From: Balanoglossus misakiensis
Taxonomy: Eukaryota; Animalia; Hemichordata
Assembly: GCA_040954595.2 (NCBI GenBank)
Contig: CM082577.2
Location: 9,697,846-9,761,845 of the forward strand
Direction: 5' to 3'
Length of the DNA stretch: 64,000 nucleotides
How positions within the stretch are numbered: the first letter of the stretch is position 1; the number at the start of each line of letters is the position of its first letter. A model generated the notes under the pieces. That model was not told the origin of the DNA, searched no databases, and saw only the letters and a list, made by a program, of their open reading frames with translations. A program made the translations under genes and the position numbers. This document shows positions 25,101 to 40,276 of this stretch, one piece after another.

Positions 25101-28100
25101 TACACCAAGGCTTGTTTTGAATGAATACTCTCACCACTGTACTGCCGGAGGCTGACTAGCCTTTGATGGCAATTTCGGCAGAAGGCAAAAAAAAAAACAA
25201 TAGAAATAGACAAACCCATATGATGAAGATCAGTGGTGTGTTTTCATAGTAAACCTGGAAAGTGCATGTGATAAGACTTTTCTATTGAGTACATCAAAAG
25301 AATAACACACAGGATCCCAGAATTGATTTTACACACCTTGTAGGCATTACAAAATTCTTAGATTGTGGTGAATTGTGTTCTACTGTGAAAACAAGGAAGT
25401 TATTTGTGTTGGAGAAGCCTCATTTCGTGCCATCGATACAATTGAACACATTACTACAAACATTCAGGTTATTGCTTTATTACACGTAAAAGCTTTTCGA
25501 GTCAGAACATAGATGACTACATGTACATTCATTGATTGACGCATGTTGAATCGCAGGGGCTATTGTGATGAGGAACATTTTGATGAGGTGTCACTATGCT
25601 TTAGCCAAATACTGAATAAACAGCAATAAATGTTATAATCAGTATCAATTGCACATCGATTTTTAATTTTTTTTTGCAAAGGGTGCTGGTTTTTTAAAAT
25701 ATATGACTCGGGTAAGGGCGAATGAGAACAGGGCTCATGGTTCCTTGTGATTTTCCAATGGGAACTAAACTTTGCAGGGGAAATTGAGGAATGGTCAACT
25801 GCGGCACCCAGTTCACTCCGGTGCCATTTTCTAATTTCCTGCAGGTGGCTGCCTGTCCATTACTTACTCCATTCAATCCATTCATCCTACTTCGGTCGTC
25901 ATAAATTTAGGACAGGCTCACCCTGTTCTCATCATGAAGCTGTAGATTGCATCTATTTCCTGAATATCCATCATAACCCACGGGCATGTACATGTACGAC
26001 GCACAGCTCAGCTTTTATATAAATACCTATTATCACTTTCAGACACCATAAATATAAATCTATGGTTGTGATTGGATATACTGACTTGTAATACACTTTT
26101 ATCTTAGAGTTATTTTTTCAGTTGCAGTGAACAAGTTCAAGAAGACTACATTCCAGGAAGAACCAAATACGAAATTCTCACCGAAACCACTTAAGATTTA
26201 TCAAATATAAAGTAACCGCGCGAAACAGCATGGAGGAGCCCTTATATGTATCAGTGATACAGATGGTACTGATCAAGATTGCAAACAACGTAATGTCATC
26301 TCTATTAAGGAAAACCACATGCACGTCCCCCTGGGCACAATTTGTATTTATTTGTCAGTGTGTATACTGTACATGAACACAGATTTTTGCAGTGCCTCTG
26401 AGGCTAACCAGTATTGTATGGCTTCACACAGGGGTTTGTACGTTGAATCACGCTCTCAGGCAAGTTTTGAAATTGGGATTATTATTATTAAGCTGCTACC
26501 ATGAACTCTTGTCAGAATATACCATCAAATGATGTGATCTGGCATTGACAGCAAACAAGATCAAGATCAAAGAAGCTTAGATGTATGTAGTGTACTTCAT
26601 ACGCCACACAGCCAATCAGGGGCTATGAAAGACAGCGCCTAACAGGGGGAAAAGTCAGAGGCAAAGATGCATCCGAACACTGATATACATCTCTGTACTT
26701 TTCTGCTGGGTCATTGTAAAGAGAAATATATAGGGAGGGGTTTACCATCGCATGATTGACTGTGATAGGGTTTTAGCAGACACAAGAGTAGGGAACCATG
26801 CTCTTTAATGTGACTCGCAGACTCGTGACTCCCCAACCTCGATGAGAGAACAAAACAGACCCGCAGACACAGAACACTAGTTTTACCGTCCATTGAAGTG
26901 GTGTTTACAGTACATCGTGAAAATACTACAATCCTGCAGTTGATGCTGTCGTGTCAAAGAAAACAACGGCAGTTCGGTCACTTGACACAGTCGTAACCCA
27001 CTCCACTTGATGGCATACTTTCTCTTCAAACTCTTCTGTACGGCCTCGGCTTTATCTACCTCTTCAAATAGACACTTGTAATTCTGGTAGCCCGTTGCAA
27101 TATTTGAGTTGCTTTCTAACGGACGAGTGTCAATACAGCCCAGCAAACAACAGTAAAATAACAGATTGGACCTGGATCGCAACAAACACTTCAATATGGC
27201 CCTGCTCCCCCCAGAAAAGCAGGAATGAGTCCAGTTACAAACTGTATTAGCAATGTGCTTTTATAATTCCCCTCTATGATACTTTAAAAACTGGGGTTAT
27301 CTGAATGATGATGGTGATTGAAAAGTGTGAGTGTGCTTGAAAATAACAGTTACAGCTATTGCAGGATCGTGTTTGTGAAAAAGCCAACTTAGAACAACAT
27401 TATTGCCATACACAGAACAAGTCAGTAAATGTTCAAAAGTGGCAGTTTCGTGATTCAAACAAGTTTGTTTAAAGTCATCTTATGATCTGTGCTGTGTTGT
27501 ATCGGAAGTTTCTCCCTAAAATTTTAAATATGATCAAAGTGACTTGACAGTCACTGGGGGCCAATTTGATTTTGGTCAATGAATTGGTTTGGTCGAGCCG
27601 CAGACTGAAAGAAGATCTAAATTTCACGATTTCTTCAAGTACCACTAGAAATTTAGAAAATATTTGCATAATATCATATTTTTGGGGATTTCTCTTGGAT
27701 TCAAATTAACACTGTTACTGTACCTGAACCGGTTGGGTAATCTGGGTCGACTTCTGATTTCATAACCTCAACCCGCCATTTTCTAACTGCCAAACTGCCA
27801 ATGCGGCGCATTTCAAAAACGTATTAACTTTCAAGCGCAGAAACTTTACTCCAGCGTGCATAGTTCAATACAGACCAGGGGAGCTTTCAGGTCACATTTG
27901 TTTTTTACTTTTGTTCACTAAGCATTATCAACATTTTGCATACACTTATTTGTGCAGTTGCGTTTAATTAATGCACTTGCACGACCACCTGTGAAATGTT
28001 ACTTGGGAACTTCCCAAGAAGATATGTCCCATTTCTTACAAGAGAATTTACACTTAGCAAACCAATCGCTACATACACATGTAACGACATGAGAAATCAC

Positions 28101-31100
28101 GATTTTTTGTAAGATTTGCAGACAGGGGCTTTGAAATATCAAGTGCACTGAACGTTTTCGACCAAGCAACTTGTCTATTAAACTTGACATTTTTGCCTCA
28201 GGGATGGATAAAGCTTACAGAGATTCAGAAGGTGACCAAGGTCCCCAATTGTCAGATTTTCTGAAATATCTTTCTATAAAATCAAGTGTGCATGGCTAAT
28301 TGCATAAAACCGTACAATGTATTGGGAAAATAATCTGTCTGAAAAAGTGAAAGTCGGGAATCTGCTACCAGACAAGCACATTGGCTCTCTGCCAGAGCTC
28401 TGATGTGTGGTCGTTCGCACTCAAACACCTTTGCTATCCTTCGGCTGAAATACTGACTGAGACTCCATTCTATCGAAATGCAAACAAAGATCTCCCACAG
28501 TTCTTCGGTGCACCGGTTGTAGGTCAGGAGGTACAGTACGTCCCGCGTCAAATGTCAGACACCACCTGGAGTAAATACGGAGATGCACAAGCCCTGATAA
28601 CCAGTGTAAACAAAGCCACTGCCAGCTTTGACAGAAGCATGCCCTGTCACTGGTTTACAGAAATCAGGAGGGGACAATATGGCCACTCATTACAAACGGA
28701 AATTAAATTGAAATTTTACGTAAATGCAGAACGGGGCTACATTTTGTGATTTTACGCTAAAACGCACACCTTATGGGCGTATACACACCGAGTGCCCTCT
28801 GACACACTGATCCCAGCCATCATCAACATCAATATTACAAAACGCATACTTGTCATATTTCAAAACAACTCGACACCACGGAATTGTTACGAATGGCCAA
28901 ATGCCAGACGTGTGTTTGTTTACCTAGTAGTGCTGCGCAGGGCAGAGGGCAAACTGCATGCCTGCACACCGACTAATCAGCAGCCCGGTCCTAGTAACCA
29001 GGAGTGTGTGTGATTGCATAAATTGTAAACAAAAGAAACACAGACGGCCATTCACGCCACAAATAGCAGCCGGTGCGTTGTGGCGTATGTCGCATTCACT
29101 CGTCGAGCTGCTGTGACGTCTATCGCTGAGATTAACGTCTGCATCTGATCGCTCTAGAGTGATCGAATCTGACTTGCGCAAATTTTTACCTGCATAGGTT
29201 ATGTATACAGATTATCAGGGAATGTAAACCAGCCTACGTCACCATTCAGATTTCCTCTCTCTCTCTCTTCGGTCACTTCTGGATTCTTTAGTCTCCTACC
29301 ATGATGGCCGCTCTGGACACTGACCCAAAAGAGAGTATTTGCCGTTCCAGACATCATAATTGTTACTTTTTTCAGATTTTAACGACGCGCCATAAAACAT
29401 TTACACTCCCATCTCACAGTGCCTCATAAACTTTTACAGTTCACGTTCATGCTGGTCGGAAAATTTCAATACACCGAACAAGAGCCCAGTGTTAATTTTC
29501 AATTTTACCGTGAAAGATAATTTTTTTGTGAGGTATTATAGCCTACAATTGTCACCGTCTTAAATATTCCTGTTTTGTTTCTGGGTTCGAGCTGTTTTTA
29601 ATAAACCTTTGAATCAGACCGGAGTGCAATATTGGTCAAAACATAAAACTGGAAAGTTAAACCAAGCGGCACTGCGTTATCTGTTGTATTTCTGTTTCAT
29701 TATTCCTCGCGGATGCCAAACCATGCCTGATTAGCCATGTTCGACTTTTTAGTCCAAGAATGGATAGTGTGACATCATTTCGAAAAATTGCATTTTGCCT
29801 TGATTTTGTCAACATGCTTTACAAAACAACGGTTATGTAATCCTCGGCTAGTACATGTCTGTCACAAACTAGCCATTACCTAAACACAAGACAGTAATTG
29901 GAGGGGGTGTGATGTAAGACGGCTGGGAGAAAAGGGGTGACTGCCGGTTATGTAATGGCCAATTAACCCTTTCACCCCCAGTTCCCTCAAATTAAGAGTT
30001 CCATCCTTACCACAGACAACAATGGGTTTGGACCGAACCAATGGTGGTGAAAGGATTAATAAACAAATGCAGCAAGACAAGTTTTATCAATAAAACAGAA
30101 TTGCATATAATTTATGACAATGTATAATATTATTGCAAACAGTTGCTGTAGCTGCGTAAAAGGACAACTTTTGGATTTCACTTTTTTTTCGATTCTCCCG
30201 ATCTTCATTGCTACTGCTATTTATGGTCGATTTTAAGGACGTAAGATTTACTGTGCAAAAGTCATGCATGAGGCATTTCAGAAATCGTTAAAAGTCGTTT
30301 ATTACCATATCAAAGGGGCATAAAAAGTGATGGCGCACGCATTGCAGCCGCCGACAATGAGTTTTTCTTTCTGCACAGTAGGCCTTGGACAAGACACCGC
30401 GATTGTAAAAGCCCGGATCCGTGATGACATCCCCTGGAGTTATTGATCAGTGTCAGCCGTGAAGTCATTTGCGGCGTTACACGGGCCATCAACACCTTTT
30501 GTTGTTAGCGAGAGAGCGTAACTTCGCGACGGACAATGTCGACGCACGCTGCATTTTCAGGGCAAGCGTTTTGGTGTCGCGGTGTTTACGTTTTAGTTTA
30601 TATGCATGAGGTTAATCAAAGGGAAGTGTCAGCTCTGCGCAGCACATATAGAAATGGCATTAAGAAAGGAGACTGGAAATCACGACTTTTCGACGGATAC
30701 ATGTACAGCTACGCGTACACAACTCTCTCAAATCACACCCGGTATACAGTACACTTTTAATGTCAATGAGTAATGTAGAACAGTGCTGTACAATGCATGG
30801 CAACAAACTGTGCATTCTTCAACCTGGTGGCTGGTTTTGGAAGATTGTGCCTGATTAGTCGATGCAACGCCACGAGTATGAAGCCATGGCAACCAATAGT
30901 CAAATACTGCCAACTCATCTGCTGAAAAATGACTAAATTGGACGACAAATGAAAACACCTCAAATGCACTGTGTAAGCATGGCATGAGAACCCAAACTGT
31001 ACTGATCTGCTCAACAGCAACTTTCTAAGGGACCGTTCAGTTTTTACGGCCGGGGGGGGGCCGGCAAAATCCAGGGGGGGGTCACTTAAATTTTGAAGTC

Positions 31101-34100
31101 CACAAGGGGGGGGGTCATCTGTTTTTTTTAAACGTTTAGGGGGGGGTCACATACTTTTGCCACCAAACTTTTGCTTTAGAGTCCACAAAATTGCAGTTTC
31201 GCACCCTTTATTTTACAAAATTTTCTCATGTGGGAGGGGGACACCCCCTCCCACACCCACCCCCTTCATTCTCCGCCACATTTCATTTTTTGCTGGTTTG
31301 ACTAGTGTACCAGGCCAGAGTGCTTGCCACCCCAAACCCACCGATGATAATATTTAACAAACAGAAATACATAAAGGAGAATAATTGTTTAAACCATTTT
31401 GCATAACTGATAGTTTCGCGCTGCATCTTCTATATACTAGAAGTTTTATAAAAAATGTCATGACGAAGATGACGCCAAATCTTCTAATTTTGAGGGGAGT
31501 GGCAAAAAGTAAAATTGGTCCTCCCAAACATTGAGATAATTTGCTTTTGAGTTCATAAAAATGCAACTTTGCGCTACATCTTTTACAAAATTTTCTTATG
31601 TGGGAGGGGGACACCCCCTCCCACACCCACCCCCTCCATTCTTCGCCACATTGCATTTATTCACTGGTTTGTCTAGTGTCCCAGGGAAGACTTCTTCCCA
31701 CCCCACCCCAGATGCTTACTTTGAGTGGAGTGGCAAAATTAAAATTTATCCTCCCTAACATTTTGTTAATTTGTTTTTGAGTTCATTAAATTGCAACTTT
31801 GAGCACCGTATTTTACAAAATTTTCTTATGTGTGAGGGGGTGTCCCCCTCCCCCATCACTTTTCTTGTTTTACCGATTCCAGCAACTATTGTATTGACTT
31901 GTCATTTTCATTTGTTCATAGATTTCTTTATTGCAACGATATACTATTATATACATGTACTTCAATAATACTTTAAGAAATTTATAATTGAGGTGTGAGG
32001 AGCCTCATTCCCTTTATTGCATACAGTGTACATAGGATCAGGACGGCGAATGTTTTGGGCGTGGGGGGGGGGGGGTCATCATATTTTTGGGTCTGTCAAA
32101 GGGGGGGTCATCATTTTTTGGTCCAGGGTGAAGGGGGGGTCGGCCTGATTTTGAGAACCGATGACACAAACTTGCCAGCCCCCCCCCTGCCGTAAAAACT
32201 GAACGGTCCCTAAGGTATTGGATCATACACAGCTACATGTACACTCCAGCTACATGTATCCAATATGTTTTAAAATGTGACAAAAGCCTACAGAGAATAT
32301 AAAGAAGTTAATTTTCAGCCATTCAAAACGGGAGCCCACCAATCAATGATAAAAAAATAATTACACATGACATATGGTTAGGAGTGTATCATGTTGGGCT
32401 AATCCATAATAAGACGCAAAATCTTCTCAGTAATTGATCCATTAGAAATCGCAAGAATCCAAACTCCAACCCGAAACCCACCAGAGATGTCCCCATGAAA
32501 ACAAACACTTTTCAAGGTTGGAAATGAAGTCACAGGCCGCTGAAAATAACCATCTTTTTCTTCAACTGCACACAGCTCAATAAACTGTTGTGGCTCGCGA
32601 ATACATCCCTGCGTACTCGGGAACACCAGTAGGATTTAGCGCTCCATTGTAATGTGGCGAGCATCATCAACCGAGCCAGAATCTTACAAAGGGAAGATAC
32701 GATTTCAATTTGAAATCGCCTCTGATGCCTTTGTGCCAAATAATATGCGAAAGTAACAGCTTATTAAGACTAGCGTATCAGAACCAAAAGCCTTGCAATT
32801 TTTTATCCTTTTACCGCTGCACAGCTCATATAGAATACTCTTTTGAAATCGAGGTTTAACAAATAAATCACAGATCATTGTGCAATTTTGGAGGTTTCTA
32901 CTGGAACCAATATCATCACATACATGTACATGTATGTACGCACCAATGTTGAAAATTGAGGGAAATTGGGTAAATGGCCATTTCAGCAAGCAAACACAAT
33001 AGGGGAAGAGGTTACAATGTACCTGTGAGCAAATATATACACTCCTGAAATATGGTGCTTGTCTCTAAACTTTATCATTTCAACGGCTGCAACAGGAAAT
33101 TAATTGTGAAAGACTCTTCAAATAAGTCACAGTTTTGATTCCTTTTTCCTAAAACACCATATGATTTATTCAGCTACAGGCAATATCCTTTTTTTTCGTT
33201 GCAAAATTTTTTTTTAATACTGCATTTCATTCTCCTAGACTGGTGACAATTGTGGCGAAACTTGTGCAGTGAGTCATCCGATAGAAACCGCCAAAATTCA
33301 TTTTGTTACAGTTCTTCCATTTAATATCTGGTGCCATGGTTACCAGGTTCAAGTAACCATGGCAATGCCGAGTGCAATTATTATGGCACTGTTGACAATA
33401 ACCATCGGTCAACAGGTCCAGAAAGCGTCTGCAAGCAATCTAAGAAACACACTTCAGTGGAGACAACTAGGAAACCAATGCAGATGAGTAACAGTAAAGT
33501 GTGAAGAAGAAGAGGGGCTCATCCTGATTTAAGTAATCCGGAGAATTCCTGAGCCCCCTTCCCCTGTAAGTGTAAGTAATTGAAATACAGTATACTCCTT
33601 AAACGACAGCCCTCTATAGAGTAGTATTGCACAATGTGACATTTCCACTGAACTCGGTCAGATGTGAATAGTAACAGTGGACTCTACATGTACAACTTGC
33701 AACTTTAATACATGTACATTGTACATTTCCCAAAATACATTAAATAGGACTCTATGGTGTTGTGTGTGTGCGGGTGTGTGTGTGTGTGTCATTCAAGAAA
33801 TATTACCACCACAGATCATTTAATGCCGGAAGCAAAGGATTTGCGCTCAGGGGGCAGTACCACATCGACGGACGGAGGAATGGATGGATGCAGCTCGCGT
33901 GTCAACACCTACATTGTACATGTAGATCACTGCCCATAAATGCATCACTTACTATAAATACATGTAGTTCCGCTGGCTATTATCCAAAAGGCGACTTGGG
34001 GAGAGCGCCAGAAATTCTGAATTACAACAAAAAAATGACACGTTTTGCAAAAATCATACTCGTATTCATTCCACTGCTCTGTATCCGCAGGCGGCATCTG

Positions 34101-37100
34101 AGTAGATGTATTGCTGTTCCACTCAACAAAAGGTTTCTCGTTGATGCAGCCCAGTCGTGTTCACAAAAAGTTCTAAGAAATGAGAACATCTTTGGCAGAC
34201 CCCAATAAAAGAGGGTAAAGACACCGTGCATGCCATCCCTGATGAGGTCAGAAATGAATTCCAGATATCCCTTATCTGCCACTGAATTGCTAGGGAATCT
34301 GTCAATGGAAGGAACTGAAACTACATCGGAGATGGAGAGTTGGTTGAAAAGAGAATTCTTTGCGCACGGTATATCTTCCCTCAAAGCATAAGGAATGGAC
34401 ATTTCCCCATACGTGATAAGATTATTCAAGAAAACATGCACACCACAGAATCCAGAGAAAATCGCTCTCAGAATCAAACATAGAAATATTGACACAGCCA
34501 TGATAACAGTAATATTTCAATTCAATAAACAGATCTGACTGTTTGACGGTTCGAACCGATCTGATATGTATTTGCGATCGATCTGCTCTGAACTTGCGCC
34601 ATAGAAATGTACTGATAAAACAAGTTTGACTTTTGTGTGCGATGGTAAAAGTAGAGTTCTTTCAGTTTCACCTTGCAAGAGAAGGAACCCACAATCGTAC
34701 TTGAAAGAGACTTGAAAGAGAACCTAGTAAACATTGCAATATGTATTACTGCTACATACATGTACATGTACGTGTATCACTTGATATTATGTGAGGCAGA
34801 TATACCCAGATGCAACCAGCTCCAGCATTCAACTCCGTCTTGCGAACCAGTTTCTTTTTTTTTTCACAGGAAATGTATCATTTCTAATACATTTGTAGGC
34901 CAAAATTCAGGTTAACAATTGAATATTTAACACATTTCTGATCAGGCCTCAATATCGTTATCAGATCAGTTTCAAGCCAATTTCATTTTTTTCTGGTCGT
35001 GTGTTCTCAAAGGTGATCGGCTGTCTCTGAAGGCCAATTGAAATTGAGGTGTGACCTTTCTTGCAGCTACATGTAATTGAGTTTTATTAAAAATCAAGAT
35101 CACAGGAGACAAGTTTCATATGGCTTCTTCTATACACCTGCACAGGGACTTTTCAATATTTTTCTAGGTGTGAAAATTCTCCACATTTGCCTGTGCTTTG
35201 CAGTTAAAATTTCATTTTTGGCCAAATCAGATCACACTGGTTCTCTAAACTACAATAGGTACATGTACAGTCAGACGCAATTCTATGAGGTCTAGAAACA
35301 TCAACCTACACTCTCAAGAAAGCAAACAAAACATGAATGTGAAATAAAAGGGTTTGCTCATTGCTACTGCAAATATGAGTACTCTTTGTACAAACAGGTC
35401 TTGACAACTGTACCGCACTTTTCACTCATGAAGGGAGGCAGCTGTCAAAATGTTGAGAAAATTGCGTGTAAAAACAGAAAAGCCTGTGTGTGAAAACAGT
35501 TCAGCAGATTTCTTTCATTATCCGCGTGACAATGGGAATGAAACAAATTTTTTTGCCCCTTTTCACTTCATTGATACGATGCGAGTGCATTTTTTGATAA
35601 AATTGAGCAATTTGGTGGGAAGTCTGCAAAATGCCAATTTCCTCGTCTTTGTGGCTGAGACATGCTTTGCTGCTGGTCTGACATTGGTTTTGCTCTGCTT
35701 CTGTGTAAAACTAAAAGCAACACTCACAACACATGTATACATGTATATTAAAACCGCCATTTCTGCATTTTGTCCGCAGTGACCTTTGAACTTTGACATG
35801 GAGGCCATTTTCATCATTTGTTGCCATGGTGATGATCATCATGTTGATAAAAGTGAAGCTACTGTTTACAACGGTTTTCTACGTAGTGTGCTCACAGTCA
35901 CTGGACATAATAGTCACATGTGATTGTGTCTCTTTTTTTAACCAAGATGCTAATATTAATAGTGACCAAATTTAATAGAGATACCAAAGTCATGATTGTG
36001 TAACTATATACAGTATCCACATAATAAAAGATTTCTGACATGTTTTTTGGCTATACACTTTAGCTAACAGTGTGTTCATTTTCAAATGGGTCTGTTTAAA
36101 ATTGAAACTGTTAACTCTAATACAATAAAATCTAGGGAACCACAAGGATTATTGAAGTCATGGGAGGAGGAAGTATAATTTAAAACCATGAAATATTACA
36201 GTAATACAACAATGACTGGAATTCCCCATTTTTTCAGTTTTGCAAAATCGGCCAGAAAACGACAGCACTGAGTCAGTATGGCGATACATGTATACGTATA
36301 TAGGAAGATGTCTGGAATGGTTCACGCACGCGTGTAGCAAATTGCCAATCTATTGCAGCTCCATCCTCTTATAATGATGGCAAAATGAAAATTGGTTGAT
36401 CCACGAAGCTTTTGTGAGGGTGTCACCTCCTAATGCAATTATCTTGCAGCGCATCGTCCTGGCAACAATTAGGAGCTAACACCACATTTCACCAGCCACT
36501 CTGCTGAATTCCCGATATTCGCGAATCCCTAGATCGGCTGGGATGAGGAACAATCTGAAATCTCTCTAACACTGGTTGTTTTGTTAATATTGCACTATGG
36601 GTTAAAAGGTCGACAACTTACTGTAGGAAGAGTTTGAAGAGTATTATATGCTTTCTCTCTGTCTAAAAATTATGTCTTTTTAATAGTTAGCATATCTCAG
36701 AAGTCATTTAGCTTTTTACCATTTTGTTATTTTTCCCACTACAAAACTTTAGTGTGACCTACCACTATAATTTTAGCTTCAATTCTCCATTTTCTTATCA
36801 TGTAAAACATGCCAGAAATCTGCCATCATGAAATTCAGTCGACAACACAAGATTTTAATCGCTTACCTAGGTAGCAAAAACCTATTTAAGGTAGTCAGAA
36901 TTCTAGGCTATCCCAATAAAGTCTACTCAGTCAACATTCAATACAGTTGCCAACGCTCAAACAGACAGAACCAATAATTTGGACGCTGATCCGTCGCAAT
37001 TTTCTGAATGGGGGGAAATTTCTCCTGGGCATTTTAAAGACGTAATTTGGCAACGAGGCAATTACCGCTAAATTGCAGTAATCCTTCTCCGCAACGACCC

Positions 37101-40100
37101 CGTCTCAAGTGGCCCACAGGAGCCAAAACCGCTCTTGGATGTGACCTTTGATTTTGCCAATCCAAACGCGAATGGAAACTGAATTAATCCAATTTCGCGC
37201 AGGATGAGGTCAACGCGGGTAAAGATGGAAGGAGAGCACACCCATTACCGACCCAGCCTGTAATTACGACGTGAGGTCGTCAACTCCAATGTAACGGTGT
37301 ACGCGGCAATCCGCTGCAAGAGAGAAGCTTCGTGGTTGCTAGGAAACAGATTTCAGCACACGCTGACAGCGGGAACCATTTCAAGATGGCCGCCGGATAC
37401 CTAGAACCAGAATCGCTACTCTGTATTTGCAGGCCGGCTGTCAGCCCACAGTTGGCTTGCAATCGCTACAAAACGCAAATCAACCGTGTATGTTGTGTTT
37501 ATTTTTAATTAATTTGTAAATTACGAGTATATTCAACATATTATTGGTGATTCATCAATTATTAAATGTCTCACTTTGCGACATGTAAATGTACCCCTTA
37601 CATGTATGGTCTCCTAGTCCTATGAGGAAACGACACATACATACATGTACACAAACTATTGTACCCCCATCTGTGAACTACACTGTACATGTACCAGACA
37701 CACACGTGACACATTTTATAAACGCTATTTAAAAGATTCATCCTTTCATGAGCGGTGGTCGGTGGTCGTTTCAATGTACACATTTTTTTTACGAGAATGG
37801 CATTCAATTTTAATTGAAAAATTCTCTCCTGCAGAGTGTAGATGTGTGGTTTCACATTTAGTGAAACTGAGCCGTGAAGCTTCATGGGATATTAGTCTCC
37901 ACACCCCAGATTTGACCTCTGTGACGAGGGGGTCACGCTGTTCTGATGAGGTCAGGCTGATAAAACACTCTGGTTACAAGTGCACTCCACAGTCAAGTCT
38001 GCCGCCAATGGCTTCATAGAACTGGCAATGTGCAACAGGATTACTGTGGTGATCATGGTATGGTTGTCATAGCAGCAGAGGCACAGATGCTGGTGTACGG
38101 GGCAGAGACTCATCTTCCACTAGTTTCTCAAATTCATCTTGAATTCGTATCCTGGATGTCTAATGGACATTGATGGGTCGAAATACAGGCATTTCCATGA
38201 CTACTAAAATCTAAGATATGTGTACATGTATGGCAAACAGTAAATGACAAGTTCATGTATACATTCATAAAACAATCCTCAGTTGTCCAGTTTGGCAAGA
38301 ATTACGACCTTATGTCTGGTTTCAAAGACAACTGTATACTGCGTACAAAATGAATGCGTTGCATTCCACTGCAGAACAAATAGCAACAGTTATACACGCA
38401 CTGGAAACCCCATAATAGCTGTCGGCAGGCAACAAACTCAAGGTCTGGTCATTTCTGGCCGTCTTCTCCCGACCATAAACAAACCCATTTCAAGGTGACG
38501 TGCTTAGGATACCCTTTTGCAGACCCGTCTCTGTTTAAAATTTACAGTCAGTGCTCAGAGAACGGAAATCTGAATGAAGAAAACACTCCTGACTGACTCA
38601 GAGGTGAACAGCCTCTACATATTTTGTGATTTCCAAATGAAAAAAGCAGACCAAAAGGTTGGGAACTGGAAAACTGCAAATGCAACACGGGGCCGATTAT
38701 GTCCGCACCGACCAATCAGAAATGGACACCAACACCGTTAAAATTTAAGAGCAATATATTCAACAGGCAGCGAAAATCAATCAATCAATCAACGGACAGC
38801 GTGACACAGCATCACTCTGCTCACTTCACAGAAGGGGGGCATTATATACAGCATATGAAAAACATCGCAGTCCGTATTCACGGGAAGATCTCATCTTCCT
38901 TGGAGATGAAAAAAAAAATCTCAGGCTAGGCTTAGTGGCTGAGAATGCGCACGGCTCAGTAAAATGCCCGCTGATTAAGGATTTCGGATGTTATTGCGGT
39001 CGATAAGTCCGCACTGTGCGCGCCAGGTGATGAGCCTAAACGGCAATTCGACCGCACGCTTTTCCACAACGAATTATCACCGCTATTAGGTTCGTATCGA
39101 TCTCCCAGTTGTTCATCTCTAACCTGTTACAATTACGCGCCGCTGATAGGACAGCAGTCATTGAGTCGTCGTCCCTTTGTTCGCACATGCAGGTATTCTC
39201 TCCATCAGTGCGTGGCGACGTGTAGCCTAATAGCTCACATGGATAATGTATTGATTTGAAATTTATAGACTCCTAGCATTGCCATCTCTCTTCCCTTTGC
39301 ATGTTTTGACATCTGATCTCTTAGTGCATGCCGACTTGTTTTTCATTAATATTAACTTTGTTTGCTTTGCCGGAAAAATCGGCAAAATAAAATTAATTGA
39401 CATCAGATATAACACATGTAGCCTTTTCTGAGCTTCATACAGTGTATTTTCCAATTATTATGGTGTGGAATATTGATTTGACTTGAAAATACTACATACA
39501 TGTAGACAGTTGTTGCCTTCATGGAAAGTTTATAGTTCACGTAATAATGGAGTGGGTTAATGAATAAAAAATATTAGTCTGAACTTTCCTTGGCATTGCA
39601 ATTTATAAATTCAACAAACTGAACAAACACGACGACTTGCACTTGAAAATCGGTTCCCAAAGTGCATTGCAGTCACACACTGGGGGGTAGTATGGAGTGT
39701 AATTCATGCCAAAATTAGCACACAGCTTTTCGATGAGAGTATTCACTTTTCGATGAGAGTATTTGCGCTTTTCGATCAGAGTATTCACTTTTCCATCAGA
39801 GCACACAGCTTTTCGATCAGAGTATTCGCGCTGTTCGATCAGAGTATTCACTTTTCCATTAGAGCACACAGCTTTTCGATCAGAGTTACCCCCCCACTTT
39901 ACGATGAGGGCGCCCGCTTATTGATAAGAGCACCTAGCTTTTCGATTAGAACACCCAGCTTTTCTATCAGAGCGCTAAAGCTTTTCGATGAGGACGCACA
40001 GCTTTTCGATTAGAGTATGTCAGGTCTACTGGGGGTGAGCTTAGGGGGTCTTATAGCGGTGACCCGGAAGTTTAAAGTTTTGAAACTTTGACAGTGTGGA

Positions 40101-40242
40101 CGCCCAATTTGTTTGCCGTCGACGCGTCGCGTCGTGGACGTAGCCCAGTGATCAAATGCACGGGTTGGATTTTACAAGAAAATAACGTCATTTATTTTGC
40201 AAAGATCAACGTGAGTTCACTGCACAAAGTGGACCGTTGCCG

Positions 40243-40276
<34 letters not shown>

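Noticed and set aside
33015-33045. Recursive splice (ratchet) site candidate tatatttgctcacag|gtacat; also sites near 27722 and 29189
   Set aside because: Either the donor half or the pyrimidine tract is weak; I saw no (Y)nCAG|GTRAGT consensus in the giant intron
39722-40016. CRISPR-like repeat/spacer appearance of the array
   Set aside because: Linkers are only 6-10 nt and recur, there are no cas genes, the context is eukaryotic, and the array is mirrored at the other end of a TIR element
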